Source: an uncultured Chthonomonadaceae bacterium
Lineage (GTDB): Bacteria; Armatimonadota; Chthonomonadetes; Chthonomonadales; Chthonomonadaceae
Length of the DNA stretch: 31,353 bases
Assembly (NCBI GenBank): GCA_963835065.1
Contig: CAWIEK010000058.1
Location: 1-31,353 of the forward strand
Direction: 5' to 3'
Shown: positions 8,785-19,826 of the stretch, piece by piece
How positions within the stretch are numbered: position 1 is the stretch's first letter
How the letters are laid out: each line of letters starts with the position of its first letter
The notes under the pieces: model-generated
What the model saw: the letters and a program-made list of their open reading frames with translations, nothing else
Databases searched by the model: none
What the model was told of the DNA's origin: nothing
Program-made: the position numbers and the translations under genes

Positions 8785-10068
8785 TCAGTTGGACGGAATA
8801 ATGCGCGCTTCGTAAGGTTCAAGCGTGATGAGTTCCTGTTTTCCGTAGGGAAGTTGAAAACTTGTCGGCGTTTTGCGCACATTCACCAGCACCGTGAAGG
8901 CTTCCCTGTCAAGCTTTCTCGTGAAAGCGATTACATCGTTGTTTCCGAATTCACTCAACTCTCCCCGTTGTAAGGAAGCATGAGCGTTTACAAGACGGAG
9001 CAGCGCGGTAAACCGGTGCATGGTATCCGATCCGGTGTGCCAATCCAACTTGGAGCGCGTGAAAATAGGGATTCTCTCCGGCCAGGCGATTTCTTCTCCA
9101 TCATAAACTAAAGGATTGCCTCCGTACAGGACGGCAAGGGCAAAGGCCGCGTATGCGCCCTCCGCGCCTCCATATACGGAAACCGGAGACGCGGCTACAG
9201 CCTCGTCGTGATTAGTGGCGTAGTGCATCCTCGGCTTACCACCTTCCTTCGCCAGCGCTTCCCGAAGGCGAGAGGCCGGCTTGCCACCTCCAATCACCTC
9301 TTTCAAAGCGGTGCAGAAATCCCAGGCATAGACATAATCGAAGCCGGACTGATAGTGGTCGGGGCGAGTGCCCTCGGCAAGCAGAAGCAGTTTTTTCGGG
9401 GAATGGACGCGCAGGGCGGCAATCAACGGCTGCCAGAAATCACGAGTAATAAAGTCGGCGGCATCGCACCGGAAACCATCAATATCCGCCTTGTCGAGCC
9501 AGAACTCCATACTTCGCGTCATTTCCGCGCGCATGTCTGCGTTCTTGTGATCGAGCTGCGCGACATCCTGCCAGACAGTCCCTGGTGGAATAATCACGTT
9601 CCCCGCCGCGTCCTGCCGGTACCACTCCTTATGTTGCGTGAGCCATGGATTGTCCCAGGCGGTGTGGTTGGGCACCCAATCGAGGATTACCTTCAGCCCA
9701 AGTCCGCGCGCGCGTTTCACAAAGGATTGCAGATCGGCCAAATTGCCAAGTTCGGGATTGACGCGGATGTAATCGGCGACCGAGTAAGGCGATCCCATGC
9801 CACCGGCGGACCGCACCTGCCCAACGGGGTAGATCGGCATCAGCCATACGACCGTCGCGCCGAGTTTGCGGATTGCAGGCAGTCTTGCCTCCGCGCCTTT
9901 CAGATCGCCGGAATCGGAAATGGCGCGGAAGTTGACCTCGTAGAAGACCTCCTGCGCAACGGCGCGGGCGGCAAGCGGCCACAGAATAAGCGCCGCCAGC
10001 AGCCTGAAAGCCACGAAAGCCCATCGCTTCTTCGGCCTCTTTATCTCCTTGATTTCATCCTCTGCCAT
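8785..10068 (-). CDS. Alpha-amylase family glycoside hydrolase (GH13), secreted
   Basis: GH13 motifs VWLMPIYP, GSPYSVADY, ILDWVPNHT, DGFRCDAA (nucleophile), LLAE and TNHDE. N-terminal signal peptide ending in AVA. Confidence 0.92.
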   Translation of the reverse strand: MAEDEIKEIKRPKKRWAFVAFRLLAALILWPLAARAVAQEVFYEVNFRAISDSGDLKGAEARLPAIRKLGATVVWLMPIYPVGQVRSAGGMGSPYSVADYIRVNPELGNLADLQSFVKRARGLGLKVILDWVPNHTAWDNPWLTQHKEWYRQDAAGNVIIPPGTVWQDVAQLDHKNADMRAEMTRSMEFWLDKADIDGFRCDAADFITRDFWQPLIAALRVHSPKKLLLLAEGTRPDHYQSGFDYVYAWDFCTALKEVIGGGKPASRLREALAKEGGKPRMHYATNHDEAVAASPVSVYGGAEGAYAAFALAVLYGGNPLVYDGEEIAWPERIPIFTRSKLDWHTGSDTMHRFTALLRLVNAHASLQRGELSEFGNNDVIAFTRKLDREAFTVLVNVRKTPTSFQLPYGKQELITLEPYEARIIPSN

Positions 10069-10075
10069 TGGCTAT

Positions 10076-12658
10076 TTACCCCTGCTTTTCCGCTTTGCGC
10101 TTGCTTTTGCCGCCTGTGGTGGTTCGCTTGTGTTCGGAGGGCAGGGCTTTGGGTTCGGGCGCGTGGCTTTTGCCGTTGCCGCTTCCATTGCCCATCAGGG
10201 AAGGCTCTGTGGTGACAACGGCGGGCAGCAGGGCAAGGGCGAGAACCTCGTCCATGTGCGTGACCAGATGAAAGCGCATGTCATCGCGCACGCTGGCCGT
10301 CAGGTCTTCTAAATCTTTGTCGTTTTCCGCAGGCAATATCACCTCCAGAATGCCCGCGCGCCGCGCCGCCAGAACCTTTTCCTTGATGCCGCCAACCGGA
10401 AGTACGCGCCCGCGCAGGGTGATTTCGCCCGTCATGGCAAGGTTTTTGCGCACGGGCCGGCGCGTCAGGGCGGAAGCAATCGCCGTTGCCAGCGTGATGC
10501 CCGCCGAAGGGCCATCCTTGGGAACGCCACCGGCGGGGACGTGGACATGCACGTCCACGCGGCGATAGAACTCCTCGTCCACGCCCAATTGAAGCGCCCG
10601 CGAACGGACGAAAGAAAACGCCGTTTGCGCGGATTCTTTCATTACGTCGCCCAATTGCCCGGTCAATTGCACTCGTCCCTCATGGCCTTTGAGCAGGCTC
10701 ACTTCAATGGTGATTATGTCGCCGCCTACTTCCGTATACGCAAGGCCGGTTGCGGTTGCGATCTCGTCCTGCTCCTCCATCATGCCGTAGTGGAAACGCC
10801 GCTTGCCCAAAAACTCTTTGATGTCGCCCGCGTCTATTTTCACCTTCACCGTCTGGTCGCCCGCTACCCGCCGCGCCACTTTGCGGCACACGCTGGCGAT
10901 TTCGCGCTCCAGATTGCGAACGCCCGCTTCCCGCGTGTACTCGCGGATCAGTTTTTGCAGCGCCCCGTCCGTTAATGTAAGCTGCTCCTCGCTCAAGCCG
11001 TGATCCTTGCGCTGCTTGGGAAACAGGAACTGCCGCGCAATGTTGAGTTTTTCCTCTTCCGTGTACCCCGCGAACGTAATGACCTCCATGCGGTCTTTCA
11101 GCGCGGGCGGAACCGGGTCAAGCAGGTTGGCGGTTGTCACGAACATTACGTCCGACAAATCAAAGGGCGCTTCCAGATAGTGGTCGCTGAAATCAGCGTT
11201 TTGTTCCGGGTCAAGCGCTTCCAGCAGGGCCGAAGACGGATCGCCCCGGAAATCCATGCCCAATTTGTCAATCTCGTCCAGCATGAAAACGGGGTTTCTC
11301 GCGCCCGCCTGCTTGATGCCCTGAATGATGCGCCCCGGCAATGCGCCAATATATGTGCGCCGATGCCCCCGTATTTCCGCTTCGTCCCGGACGCCGCCAA
11401 GCGACACGCGGATAAACTTGCGCCCCAATGCTTTGGCGATGCTTTTGCCGATGGACGTTTTGCCCACGCCCGGAGGCCCGACGAAACATAAAATCGGCCC
11501 GCGCGTCGTGCCCGTCAGTTTGCGCACGGCCAGAAATTCGACGATACGCTCCTTGGCTTTTTCCAGCCCGAAATGATCTTCGTTCAGCACGTTCGCGGCT
11601 TCATCAATGTCAATGTCATCGGGCGTGGACACGCTCCAGGGCAGGGAAACGAGCCAATCCAGATACGTGCGTATCACCACGCCTTCGGGCGCGGCGAACG
11701 GCATTTTGTCCAGCCGGTCCACTTCGCGCAGGGCGCGTTCGCGGGCGGCTTCCGGCATTTGGGCGGCTTCGATTTTCTCGCGGTACTCGTCCAGTTCCCC
11801 CGTTTTGTCGTCGCGTTCGCCCAATTCCTGCTGAATGGCTTTCATCTGTTCGCGCAGGATGAACTCGCGCTGCGTATCGCCCATCTCTTTTTCCACGCGG
11901 TCCCGAATGTTCTTTTGAATATCCAGTATCTGCGCTTCTTTTTTCAGGATGACTGACAGTTTTTCCAGCCGTTCGCGCGGGTCGAGCGTTTCCAGCATGT
12001 CCTGCTGCTGCTCCACGCGAATCTGGCGCAAAAACGAGGTAATCACGTCCGCCAAGCGCCCCGGCTCGTCCGTATTGACCACGTTTATCAGGGCTTCGGG
12101 CTGAATGTGCTTGCTGATACCCACGACCTGCTGAAACTGCTGCGACACGCTGCGCATCAGGGCTTCGGTCGCCAAATCCTTTACTTCCGAAGACGGCAGG
12201 GGTTCCAGTTGGACGCTGAAAAACGGCTCGGTTTGCAGGTACTTGACCACCCGGGCGCGTCCCAAGCCTTCCAGCATCACGCGCACGGTTCCGTCCGGCA
12301 CACGCAATACCTGCATGATTTCCGCCACGATGCCGATCTGGTAAATTTCATCGGGTTCGGGGTCTTCGGCGTGGAGTTCCTTTTGCGCTACGACGAAAAT
12401 TTGGCGCTGGTTGGCCGCCGCTTCTTCCAGCCCGCGCACGGATTTTTCGCGCCCGACAAGGAGAGGGAACATCTCGTGCGGAAAATGCACCTGATCGCGG
12501 ATCGGCAGCAGGGGCAGGGTTTCGGGAAACTCGGCCATCTCGTCCTTTGCGGCTTCGGCGGCAAGCAGCGCGCCCAGTTCCTCTTGTGCCAGCCGCAGGG
12601 CTTCTTCGGTAAATTCGGGCGGCGGGACTTCCGTTTTCGGCTTGCGCGGGCGTGCCAT
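10076..12658 (-). CDS. lon: Endopeptidase La (Lon protease)
   Basis: LON N-domain [10 protein letters not shown]; Walker [30 protein letters not shown]; catalytic PKDGPSAG and GGIKEK. Strong SD GGAGG. Confidence 0.98.
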   Translation of the reverse strand: MARPRKPKTEVPPPEFTEEALRLAQEELGALLAAEAAKDEMAEFPETLPLLPIRDQVHFPHEMFPLLVGREKSVRGLEEAAANQRQIFVVAQKELHAEDPEPDEIYQIGIVAEIMQVLRVPDGTVRVMLEGLGRARVVKYLQTEPFFSVQLEPLPSSEVKDLATEALMRSVSQQFQQVVGISKHIQPEALINVVNTDEPGRLADVITSFLRQIRVEQQQDMLETLDPRERLEKLSVILKKEAQILDIQKNIRDRVEKEMGDTQREFILREQMKAIQQELGERDDKTGELDEYREKIEAAQMPEAARERALREVDRLDKMPFAAPEGVVIRTYLDWLVSLPWSVSTPDDIDIDEAANVLNEDHFGLEKAKERIVEFLAVRKLTGTTRGPILCFVGPPGVGKTSIGKSIAKALGRKFIRVSLGGVRDEAEIRGHRRTYIGALPGRIIQGIKQAGARNPVFMLDEIDKLGMDFRGDPSSALLEALDPEQNADFSDHYLEAPFDLSDVMFVTTANLLDPVPPALKDRMEVITFAGYTEEEKLNIARQFLFPKQRKDHGLSEEQLTLTDGALQKLIREYTREAGVRNLEREIASVCRKVARRVAGDQTVKVKIDAGDIKEFLGKRRFHYGMMEEQDEIATATGLAYTEVGGDIITIEVSLLKGHEGRVQLTGQLGDVMKESAQTAFSFVRSRALQLGVDEEFYRRVDVHVHVPAGGVPKDGPSAGITLATAIASALTRRPVRKNLAMTGEITLRGRVLPVGGIKEKVLAARRAGILEVILPAENDKDLEDLTASVRDDMRFHLVTHMDEVLALALLPAVVTTEPSLMGNGSGNGKSHAPEPKALPSEHKRTTTGGKSKRKAEKQG

Positions 12659-12673
12659 AATATCACTCCTCCA

Positions 12674-12745
12674 TAGGGTTCTATGGTTTTAGGGTTTTAG
12701 GGTTTCAGGTGTTCGGGTATTCAGGTATTCGGGTGTTCAGGTAGT
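12674..12745. repeat. Degenerate 8-bp tandem repeat (9 units)
   Basis: tagggttc tatggttt tagggttt tagggttt caggtgtt cgggtatt caggtatt cgggtgtt caggtagt, directly upstream of the lon RBS. Confidence 0.8.
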
Positions 12746-12999
12746 TGGCGTTCGGATTTGCCGCGAATTTGTTGCGGAGTGGCGAGTAAAGACCTGTTGA
12801 AGACCTTGTTATCGAACAAAGATGAGTTAAAGAAAGAAATTTAAGCGAATGGATTGCAAACATAGGTTAAACTAACTATACGCGCCAACACCGAAAAAGG
12901 TTGTTGGTAACTGCCAGCCCGTAATCGGCGGCGCGTTTCTTCCATAATTCCGTATTCCTATATTCCTATATTTGTCTTCTGTCTTCTACACTTCTGCTT

Positions 13000-14875
13000 A
13001 TGAAACCACTCGCGTTCCTTCGCGTTCCGACGCGGCTATCTTTGTTCTGGAAACGACGCCGGGATTTGCTCTTGGGCAGCCTGGTCGTCGCGCTGGTTGG
13101 GTTCCTCACGCCCTGGCTGAACCAACGGGCGGTAGTGAGTCAGGTGGCGTGGGAGGTGTTCGAGCGGTTTTATAAAGCGCGCGATGTCCGTTCGATTGAG
13201 AACCGGGTTGCCGTTATCGCCGTAGACGATGAAGCGTACAGCCATTTCGAAATCAAAGAGCCGCTGTCGCGCAAGTATCTGGCCGGGTTGGTTTCCACGC
13301 TGTGCCAGAACAGCCATCCGCAGGCAATTGGCATTGACGTGCTGCTGGACGCGCCTTCTCCCCCCGGCCACGAATTTGAAGATGATATGCTGGAAGAAGC
13401 CTTACAGCTTGCGCAGGCGCGGCATGTGCCCGTGGTGATTGTCTGCAATCCCGAACCCGCAACGAATGAACCGCCGATTTTCCCTTTGCGCCGTTTCGCG
13501 CAGTGGTGCGATGTGGGCCATGCGCTGCTGCGCAAAGGCGAGGGCAGCGCGGGCGGGGAAGTGCGCGAGGTAGATTGGCTCAAACCGTTTCAACAGCAGA
13601 TTATACCGGCGTTTTCCGCGCAGATTGCGGCGCGTACACAGGGCATCGGCGCGGGCGAAACCGAAGCGTGGGTGCGAAAAACCCTGCGCCCGCGCCGCGA
13701 ATTCAGTCCCTACTTGTTCTTCATACCGAACGATGTTATCAAGTTCGCTGACATTCCCGCCGATGAGGTTGTACCGGAAAATTCAGCCGCGCTGCAAAGT
13801 TTTGACAACAAAATCGTTTTAATTGGGGCAACCGCCAAAGCCAGAGGCGACATACTGCAAGCGCCCCTGCGGCTGGAAAAATATCCTGAAGGCATGCCGG
13901 GGGTGTTCGGCCATGCGTTTGCCGTGACCACACTGCTGGGGCCGGGGCTGACGGTTCCTCCCGCCTGGTTCGAGTCGGGGCTGTCCATGCTGCTCGGCGG
14001 CCTGTTCTTGTGGATGCTGTACCGTGTTGGCAGCGCGCGAACCTTTATTTGGTCTGCCTTTGCGCTGTGTCTGCTGGCGGCTGTCACCCTGTTGCTTTGC
14101 TGTTTTACCGGTGTGCTGCTGAACTTTATCCCCTCGCTTGGCGCGATTTTCATTTGTGGTCTGGTCTGGTGGTATCGGCGCAAGCGTTATCTGAACGCCT
14201 GCTACGAATCGTTTCTTACCCGGCCTGTTGTGCGCGGCATCGGGCAGGTGAACGATATAAATGCGTTTCGCTCTACAACCGCGCCCGGCAGCATCCTGTT
14301 TTGCGATCTTATCGGCTACAGCAAGGCGTGTCGCCACCTGTCGCCCGAAGAAGCGATTCGGCTGGTCAACTACTATCTGTCGCCCGTTGCCGACATTGTA
14401 CAGCAGTATGGCGGCATTCTGGACAAGTATCTGGGCGACGGCTGCTTCGCCTTTTTCGGCGTCGGAAGTTTCGGGCGATAAATCGCTTTCCCCTGCCGCC
14501 GCCGCGCTCAACGCCGCCCGCGCCGCGTGGCGTATTCATCAGGAAATGGAAACATTGCGCACTCAGGCGGCAGCCAATGATGTGCCCGAATTGACGCTCA
14601 GTATCGGTATCCACACGGGGCCACTGACAGCGGGACTGGTCGGCCCGGAAGGCCGCAAGCAGTTTACCGTCATTGGCGACTCGGTCAACGACGCCTGCCG
14701 CGTGGAAAGCATCGGGCATCAAACGGGCGTGACGCCGCCCTTCACCACCCGTATTCAAGTCTCCGAAGCCGCCGCCCACCTGCTTGCCGGCGTCGCCACG
14801 CTGGAATTGAAACACTACACGCCCACGGAAAAATACTCTGCGCCCATCTTTGAACTGCAAAACCTTGTGGATTGA
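13000..14875 (+). CDS. CHASE2-domain membrane adenylate cyclase (class III), frameshifted at ~14464
   Basis: CHASE2 motifs VIAVDD, AIGIDVLL, KIVLIGAT and MPGV.GHA; three TM helices; cyclase ILFCDLIGYS and DKYLGDG in ORF 13000-14481. After one extra G at 14464/5 it continues IGIHTG...FTVIGDSVN.ACRVES in ORF 14261-14875. Confidence 0.88.
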
Positions 14876-14908
14876 CGATTGACGATTTTCGATTGCCGAT
14901 TGGGGATT
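14870..14908. repeat. Heptamer tandem repeat (GATTnnC)
   Basis: gattgac gattgac gattttc gattgcc gattggg gatt; shares gattttcgattgccgattg with the array at ~19838-19856. Confidence 0.75.
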
Positions 14909-14923
14909 ATCAGTCAGTGACAA

Positions 14924-15901
14924 TCAAGCAGAAGGTTCCTCTGTTTGATTGTCTTCAACGAGATTTTCGGCGGCAGTGTTTGTCCACGTCAGGCTTTGGT
15001 GATTCCATGCCTGATGGAACGCGACATTGCCTGCCGCCGCAGAAAGCAACGGTATCAAAAAGGAAATAAGCAGGTTTATAATCGCTTCAAACGAGGGCGT
15101 TTGATCGGCTGTCAGATTACTTTTACGTACAAATGCCTGCCATTGCGCTTTACGGCTTACATCATCGTAGTACGCCGCTGTAAGCGCAATGGGAGTATCA
15201 GATGGCACTTCTGTTTCCCGTCGTTGGAACGTAGCGACAACTGCCTGTGTCAGCAGTGTGCCGTCGAAGTTGAAATGAGTTGCCAGATACCATAGATCAT
15301 AGAAGTCTTTCAAGCGACTGTTAGATAATTTTAGTTTTATCATTGCCTGACACTTTTCCGCCACCACTGTTTCTCGTGGATAGACCAGCAGTTTAGCGGC
15401 AGGCATGGTAAGCAGGGTAGGCAGTTCGGCTTCTTGTGCTACTGGAGTAATTGCATCGCCAAAGCCTACATCTACTTGAACTGTGATTTTGGCGTTGCCG
15501 AGTATTGCCTCTAATTTGATGCGAACTCCTTCGTACTCTTCTCCCTCTTTAATTACGGTTCCTGTCAAAGTTTCTATTTTGTATTGGAGACCATCATCTT
15601 CAACAGGTTGCCCACAAATCTGTTTGAACACATCCACAATATGGGACATTTGTGGGTTGCCATATCCGAGCAAATCCAAATCACGGGTTGGCCTGTGAAC
15701 TTTTCCTGTCCAAAAAGAGAAGAGGGTAGCGCCTTTAAGAACGAAAGATTGCTTATAAGTGGATTGGCTGAGGCGATAGAGTAAACGCTCATTTGCAAAG
15801 CGCGTCAGCACCAATTCCAGTTCTTCTTTGTTCGCCTTGCTGAGTTGAAAAAGCCGATCTCTGACGGATGCAGCCATGTTGCGCGGATGCTTTGTAGTCA
15901 T
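14924..15901 (-). CDS. abiEii: AbiEii/AbiGii-family nucleotidyltransferase toxin (type IV TA)
   Basis: ASVRDRL, ERLLYRLS, FVLKGA, RPTRDLDL, DVGFGD, ETVVAEK and NSRLKDFYD motifs. ATGA overlap with the antitoxin gene. Confidence 0.93.
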   Translation of the reverse strand: MTTKHPRNMAASVRDRLFQLSKANKEELELVLTRFANERLLYRLSQSTYKQSFVLKGATLFSFWTGKVHRPTRDLDLLGYGNPQMSHIVDVFKQICGQPVEDDGLQYKIETLTGTVIKEGEEYEGVRIKLEAILGNAKITVQVDVGFGDAITPVAQEAELPTLLTMPAAKLLVYPRETVVAEKCQAMIKLKLSNSRLKDFYDLWYLATHFNFDGTLLTQAVVATFQRRETEVPSDTPIALTAAYYDDVSRKAQWQAFVRKSNLTADQTPSFEAIINLLISFLIPLLSAAAGNVAFHQAWNHQSLTWTNTAAENLVEDNQTEEPSA

Positions 15902-16506
15902 GCAAGAGCCTCCAGATACGGCTGCATAATCGTAGAAACTTTGTCTACGGCTGCATAATAGTACAACTCGTCTGCTGTAGCGCGTTTGTCATTCCAACAT
16001 TCGTGCAGGGCTTCAAGGGCGACATCCATACCAACTTTGTTGCGGTAACGGAAGCAATCTACAACGGTTTTGGGAACATTATAAACGCGGCACTTGCCTT
16101 CAGGCGCAACATGCTCTTCGATCCCTTCCGTCTGAACAGCCCCGGAAAATCGAACGATGCGCAACGGCGGATAGTCAACGCGCGGCAGGTAGGCTTTCGG
16201 GTGAATTGCAAGCCAAATTTGAAAAGGGCTTTGTGTACCCAAATTGTGAAAACGCAGCGCGGACAGCAGGCAAACCACGCCATTTGGAACACGTTTGCAG
16301 GCTTCTGCATACGAGAAGTGTTCGGTATAATTTGTTTCTGTCAGCATATAGATACCACGCCCGGAGCGTATCATCTCCCCGCGTTCATACAGGCGTTGCA
16401 GGTACACATGGGGAATGTGACGTGCAATCAAATCACGCGGTCTAAGCATCCCCTGCTCACGCGCCAGTTGGATTACTTGAGTTGTATAGGTATCCTTCTT
16501 CATCAC
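15898..16506 (-). CDS. abiEi: AbiEi-family antitoxin / transcriptional regulator (type IV TA)
   Basis: N-terminal wHTH with R.GRGIY; VVCLLSALRFH.L.TQ.P; KTVVDCFRYRNKVG.DVALEAL; PYLEAL C-terminus. Own SD GAGGA. Confidence 0.92.
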   Translation of the reverse strand: MMKKDTYTTQVIQLAREQGMLRPRDLIARHIPHVYLQRLYERGEMIRSGRGIYMLTETNYTEHFSYAEACKRVPNGVVCLLSALRFHNLGTQSPFQIWLAIHPKAYLPRVDYPPLRIVRFSGAVQTEGIEEHVAPEGKCRVYNVPKTVVDCFRYRNKVGMDVALEALHECWNDKRATADELYYYAAVDKVSTIMQPYLEALA

Positions 16507-16696
16507 AACAAATGTCCTCGCTGTTACAACGTTCGTCGCCTCTTTTGCGTCGTCCTTTTGTTCTGGTTACAACTCCAGCTGTTCGCAGATGCCGCAGAAC
16601 AGTCATTGACGAAACTCCAGCCGCCTCAGCAATCTGCTGTAACGTCTGGCCTGCCTCATAGAGTTTGACCCAACTGCTTTGATTGATATATTCCAT
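16457..16696 (-). CDS. Small helix-turn-helix protein
   Basis: LYEAGQTLQQIAEAAGVSSMTVLRHLR is a typical HTH. The ORF overlaps the abiEi start by 50 nt. Confidence 0.75.
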   Translation of the reverse strand: MEYINQSSWVKLYEAGQTLQQIAEAAGVSSMTVLRHLRTAGVVTRTKGRRKRGDERCNSEDICCDEEGYLYNSSNPTGA

Positions 16697-16701
16697 AGGG
16701 A

Positions 16702-16730
16702 ATTATAACATGATTGCCAAGGAATTGCAA
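16702..16730 (-). promoter_or_regulatory. Sigma70-type promoter for the HTH-abiEi-abiEii operon
   Basis: The minus strand reads TTGCAA-17 nt-TATAAT with an extended TGn -10. The -10 ends 5 nt before the HTH ATG. Confidence 0.75.
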
Positions 16731-16775
16731 CACTCTTATTTTTGGCTGGCTGGAAGTGGAGGCAGTAGTTTTTGA

Positions 16776-17411
16776 TTAGTGAGGAGATATTGGAGCGTCA
16801 ATACTGCCATAGCAGGCACGGGGCTGACCGCTGCGCCATGCCCAGCCGCTGTCGCCATACGACCAGTGCCACCATTCTTCGGGGTAGTTGGAAAACCCGG
16901 CGTGTTCCATAGCGGCGAACAGCATTTGACGGTGCAGAGCGGCGCGGGGATAAAGGTGGGCGTAATCGGCGCGGGTGGCGGCAAGGGTGAACGGCCCCAT
17001 GTCGGCGCGTTTACCCTGCGGCGTGAGCAGGCCGACATCTACGGCTCCTCCCGTTGTATGCGGCGGGGGAGTTAGTGTATCTGTCGCAGCCACGTACTTG
17101 TTGGCGGCATCATGGACGTAAGCGCGGGAACGAAAGGGATGCAGCAGGCGCGAAACGCAAAGCGCAATGCGAAATAAACGCGCCTGCTTGTCGGGGCTGC
17201 GGTACGCATCGCCCACGCGCAGACGATAGCCGGGATGGTGAACTTCCAGCCATGCCTGCGCTTCGTTCAGCCGTTGTGCCGCGCCGGAGCGAAGATAGAT
17301 GGGGCGCATACCGACTTCCACGTTGGGACAGGCAACGCGCAAATCCACCAATGGTTCGCCGCACTCTACAATGGGAACCCTGTCTAAATCGCCTATGGTT
17401 TCAGTAGCCAT
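16776..17411 (-). CDS. D-alanyl-D-alanine dipeptidase (peptidase M15, VanX/DdpX-like)
   Basis: I.ECGEPLV, DAYRS...Q, PPHTTGGAVD and EEWWHWSYG zinc motifs. The start is moved to ATG 17411 (MATETIG) to avoid overlap with the upstream gene. Confidence 0.88.
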   Translation of the reverse strand: MATETIGDLDRVPIVECGEPLVDLRVACPNVEVGMRPIYLRSGAAQRLNEAQAWLEVHHPGYRLRVGDAYRSPDKQARLFRIALCVSRLLHPFRSRAYVHDAANKYVAATDTLTPPPHTTGGAVDVGLLTPQGKRADMGPFTLAATRADYAHLYPRAALHRQMLFAAMEHAGFSNYPEEWWHWSYGDSGWAWRSGQPRACYGSIDAPISPH

Positions 17412-17436
17412 TTCGTTGTTCGGGCAGTTGCCGGCT

Positions 17437-17943
17437 TCAAGCATACCGCTGCAAAAACGTTCGCAGTTCTTCCGTAACTTCTGCCACACTGCTGTAAATG
17501 CCATCGTTCGCCAGGTAGAAGTCCTCTTCCAACCCCTCCATTTCCGCTTTTGCCTGCGGAGTGGGCGCGTAATCTTCGTCTGCCATCCTATCTAACCACC
17601 CAACAATTTGATTGGCGGTTTCTGCATCCGACGATAACAAAACAGACATACGCGCAAGCAGGCGCCGGGCGACCGCTTCACGTAAAGCAGAACCCTCCAC
17701 GCCCGCCAGTTCATCGGCAACAGCATACGCGCCACGACTGCCGCTTAATGATGCTTCGATCAGCGCCATATCCGGCTCCGTTTCGCAAATTAAAACGCTG
17801 TCTATCCATGTCATGGCTTCTGCTGTAGAAATCAGTCCAATAGCCAACCCGATGCGGTAATACTCGGCGGTTTCTTTCAGCAACGAAGGCTCTGCTGTTT
17901 TCATCTGTTCCGATACAGACAGTGGCAGTAAGGGTTTACTCAT
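17437..17943 (-). CDS. Hypothetical acidic helical protein (168 aa)
   Basis: ATG at 17943 overlaps the vWA gene stop (ATGA). The sequence MSKPLLP...RTFLQRYA is protein-like; the upstream part of the called ORF is a shadow of the vWA gene. Confidence 0.75.
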   Translation of the reverse strand: MSKPLLPLSVSEQMKTAEPSLLKETAEYYRIGLAIGLISTAEAMTWIDSVLICETEPDMALIEASLSGSRGAYAVADELAGVEGSALREAVARRLLARMSVLLSSDAETANQIVGWLDRMADEDYAPTPQAKAEMEGLEEDFYLANDGIYSSVAEVTEELRTFLQRYA

Positions 17944-19826
17944 GATTCCTGCTCCGGTTTGAGGACGCGGAAGATGGGAGCGGATGTTTTCAGGGGCATT
18001 GCGCCTTCTTTCCAGCCTTTGCGCGGCATCACGAAGCAGTGGTCGCGGGGCACGAGCAGTTCTTCCTCGCACCAGCCGTCTGTGATAATCATGACGGGCG
18101 CGGATGCGGGAAAGTCCGGGCAATTGAGCAGATAATTGATGGCGGGCTGCAAAACCGTTCCGCCCCGGCCCTGCACCGGGAAAATGCCGCGCAGGTCGGT
18201 GGGGCATAGAAAGCCCCGGTCATACGGCGCGGCGTCGCACAACACCAGACGGACGGCGGGCACTTCGCGGGCTTCGGCATACGAAGCAATCGCGCCCAAC
18301 GCCCGGCCCAAGAGTTCCCGGTCCATCGAGCCGGACGTGTCCAGAACCACGCCGAACGTGCAGGCGTCGCGCCACTCCTGCGGCACATAACGGGCGGGAC
18401 GCGGAATGTCGGGGGTGGACGCCTGCCGCCGACTTGCGCGGGCATACGAGCGCAGGCTTTCGCGCACAATGGGAACATGCGCGTCCATCCACCGCGCCAA
18501 TTCCACGTCCCAGGGCACGGGCGGCGTGAACAGGGATTTGATTTCTTCAATCAGGCCGGCAGGCATTGTGCCGCGTCCGTAGTGCTGACAGGCCAGCCCC
18601 GACGCCATGCACCGCCGGTACACATCGTCCAGCGTGGACACTTCGCCCCGGTAAATGCGCCGCTCGTCCAGCAGCACGTCGCCCTTTTTGCCGCCGAAAC
18701 CAACAAGATTTTTGCACTTACGCGGATCGCGTCCGAGCAGGTCATACACTTCTTCCGCCGACATGCCTTTCAAGCGCGGATCGTACAAGCCGCCGATGCG
18801 CGGAAACTGCCCGATTCCCATTTCCACCAGCCAGCCGTTTATCACAAAATCAGCGGATAGATTCCAAAGGTACGGGTCGCGGCCCTGCAAGCGGGCATGG
18901 TGCAAAAGCGCGACGTGCAGCAGTTCGTGAACGTACACAAACAACACTTCTTCCTGCGACAAGCCGCGCCCCGTGTTGAAATAGATTTCGCCCAAACCCG
19001 CGTTCACCGCCGCGACGGGAATGTCCATGCGGTCGCACATCGCGCCGTCCGCAATCACCCGGAGTTGCGCGGCAAGCGCCCCTAAAAGCGGCAGTTCGTT
19101 CATTACCCAGCGCTTGGCGTTTTCTAATGGACGCCACGTTTTATTGCGCTCCGTTTCCGCCACTCCGAGCGTTTCCGCCGCTTCCTCTACCGCCCGCTCC
19201 ACGCCCATGCGGATGCCTTCCGCCAGCAGCATTTCATAATCGCGCCTGTCTCCGCCCCGCTGATACAATTCGCCGATGGAGCGGGATACGGAAGCGCGGG
19301 GTTCGCGGCGCACAATGTCCGAACGCCCCGCGCCCGCATACGTTTTCACATTGGCAAGCGCCCGTTTGTCCTCGGCAAGCAGGTCGTAAATGGCGGTTTC
19401 CGTCATGCCGATAAAGGCCGTATCTACGCCGTAATCGTGCGGCGCGTGTCCCAAACGCAACGCGAGGGCGAGATTGTCTGAAGCGTGTTCGCAGGCCAGC
19501 GTCCATAGCAGGGCGTGTTTGCCAATTGGAGCGTCGCCGTGCCCCAATCCCAAATGCAGCAGCAAATGCGCGAGAATAAACGTCCATTCCGCTTCGCCCA
19601 ACTCCTGCCGCCGATGCGGATTGACCCACAGCGCGTTGGCGGACGGCGACACGCACCCGATAGACACGTCACTGTCTGACTCGTCACACTCCAGCAAGGT
19701 CACGTTTGCCAGAAGCGGCGACAGCACGGAGCGGTGCAGTTGCGAACACGCGCCCCGTATCCGCAGCCGCGTCCGCGCCAGACGGTCTTCCTTATGCTGT
19801 TCTTTTTGTTTGCGTTCCTTGCTCAT
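17940..19826 (-). CDS. DUF2201-like metallopeptidase (tandem copies) + C-terminal vWA domain protein
   Basis: Copy 1 FILAHLLLHLGLGH...W.LAC; copy 2 FVYVHELLHVALLH..R...RDP.LWN.SADFVIN. vWA MIDAS VLDTSGSM, GRGGT and IITDG. Confidence 0.88.
   Translation of the reverse strand: MSKERKQKEQHKEDRLARTRLRIRGACSQLHRSVLSPLLANVTLLECDESDSDVSIGCVSPSANALWVNPHRRQELGEAEWTFILAHLLLHLGLGHGDAPIGKHALLWTLACEHASDNLALALRLGHAPHDYGVDTAFIGMTETAIYDLLAEDKRALANVKTYAGAGRSDIVRREPRASVSRSIGELYQRGGDRRDYEMLLAEGIRMGVERAVEEAAETLGVAETERNKTWRPLENAKRWVMNELPLLGALAAQLRVIADGAMCDRMDIPVAAVNAGLGEIYFNTGRGLSQEEVLFVYVHELLHVALLHHARLQGRDPYLWNLSADFVINGWLVEMGIGQFPRIGGLYDPRLKGMSAEEVYDLLGRDPRKCKNLVGFGGKKGDVLLDERRIYRGEVSTLDDVYRRCMASGLACQHYGRGTMPAGLIEEIKSLFTPPVPWDVELARWMDAHVPIVRESLRSYARASRRQASTPDIPRPARYVPQEWRDACTFGVVLDTSGSMDRELLGRALGAIASYAEAREVPAVRLVLCDAAPYDRGFLCPTDLRGIFPVQGRGGTVLQPAINYLLNCPDFPASAPVMIITDGWCEEELLVPRDHCFVMPRKGWKEGAMPLKTSAPIFRVLKPEQES

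Noticed and set aside
8504..8815. 103-aa ORF and other short ORFs in the IS-amylase gap
   Set aside because: There is no RBS or recognisable motif, and the ORF overlaps the amylase 3' end and hairpins.
12674..12705. TTTTAGGG units as telomere-like repeats
   Set aside because: Only two exact units are present, within a drifting octamer array in a bacterial intergenic region.
16776..17411. Vancomycin resistance (vanX) locus
   Set aside because: No vanH, vanA or vanRS neighbours; stand-alone M15 dipeptidases are common.
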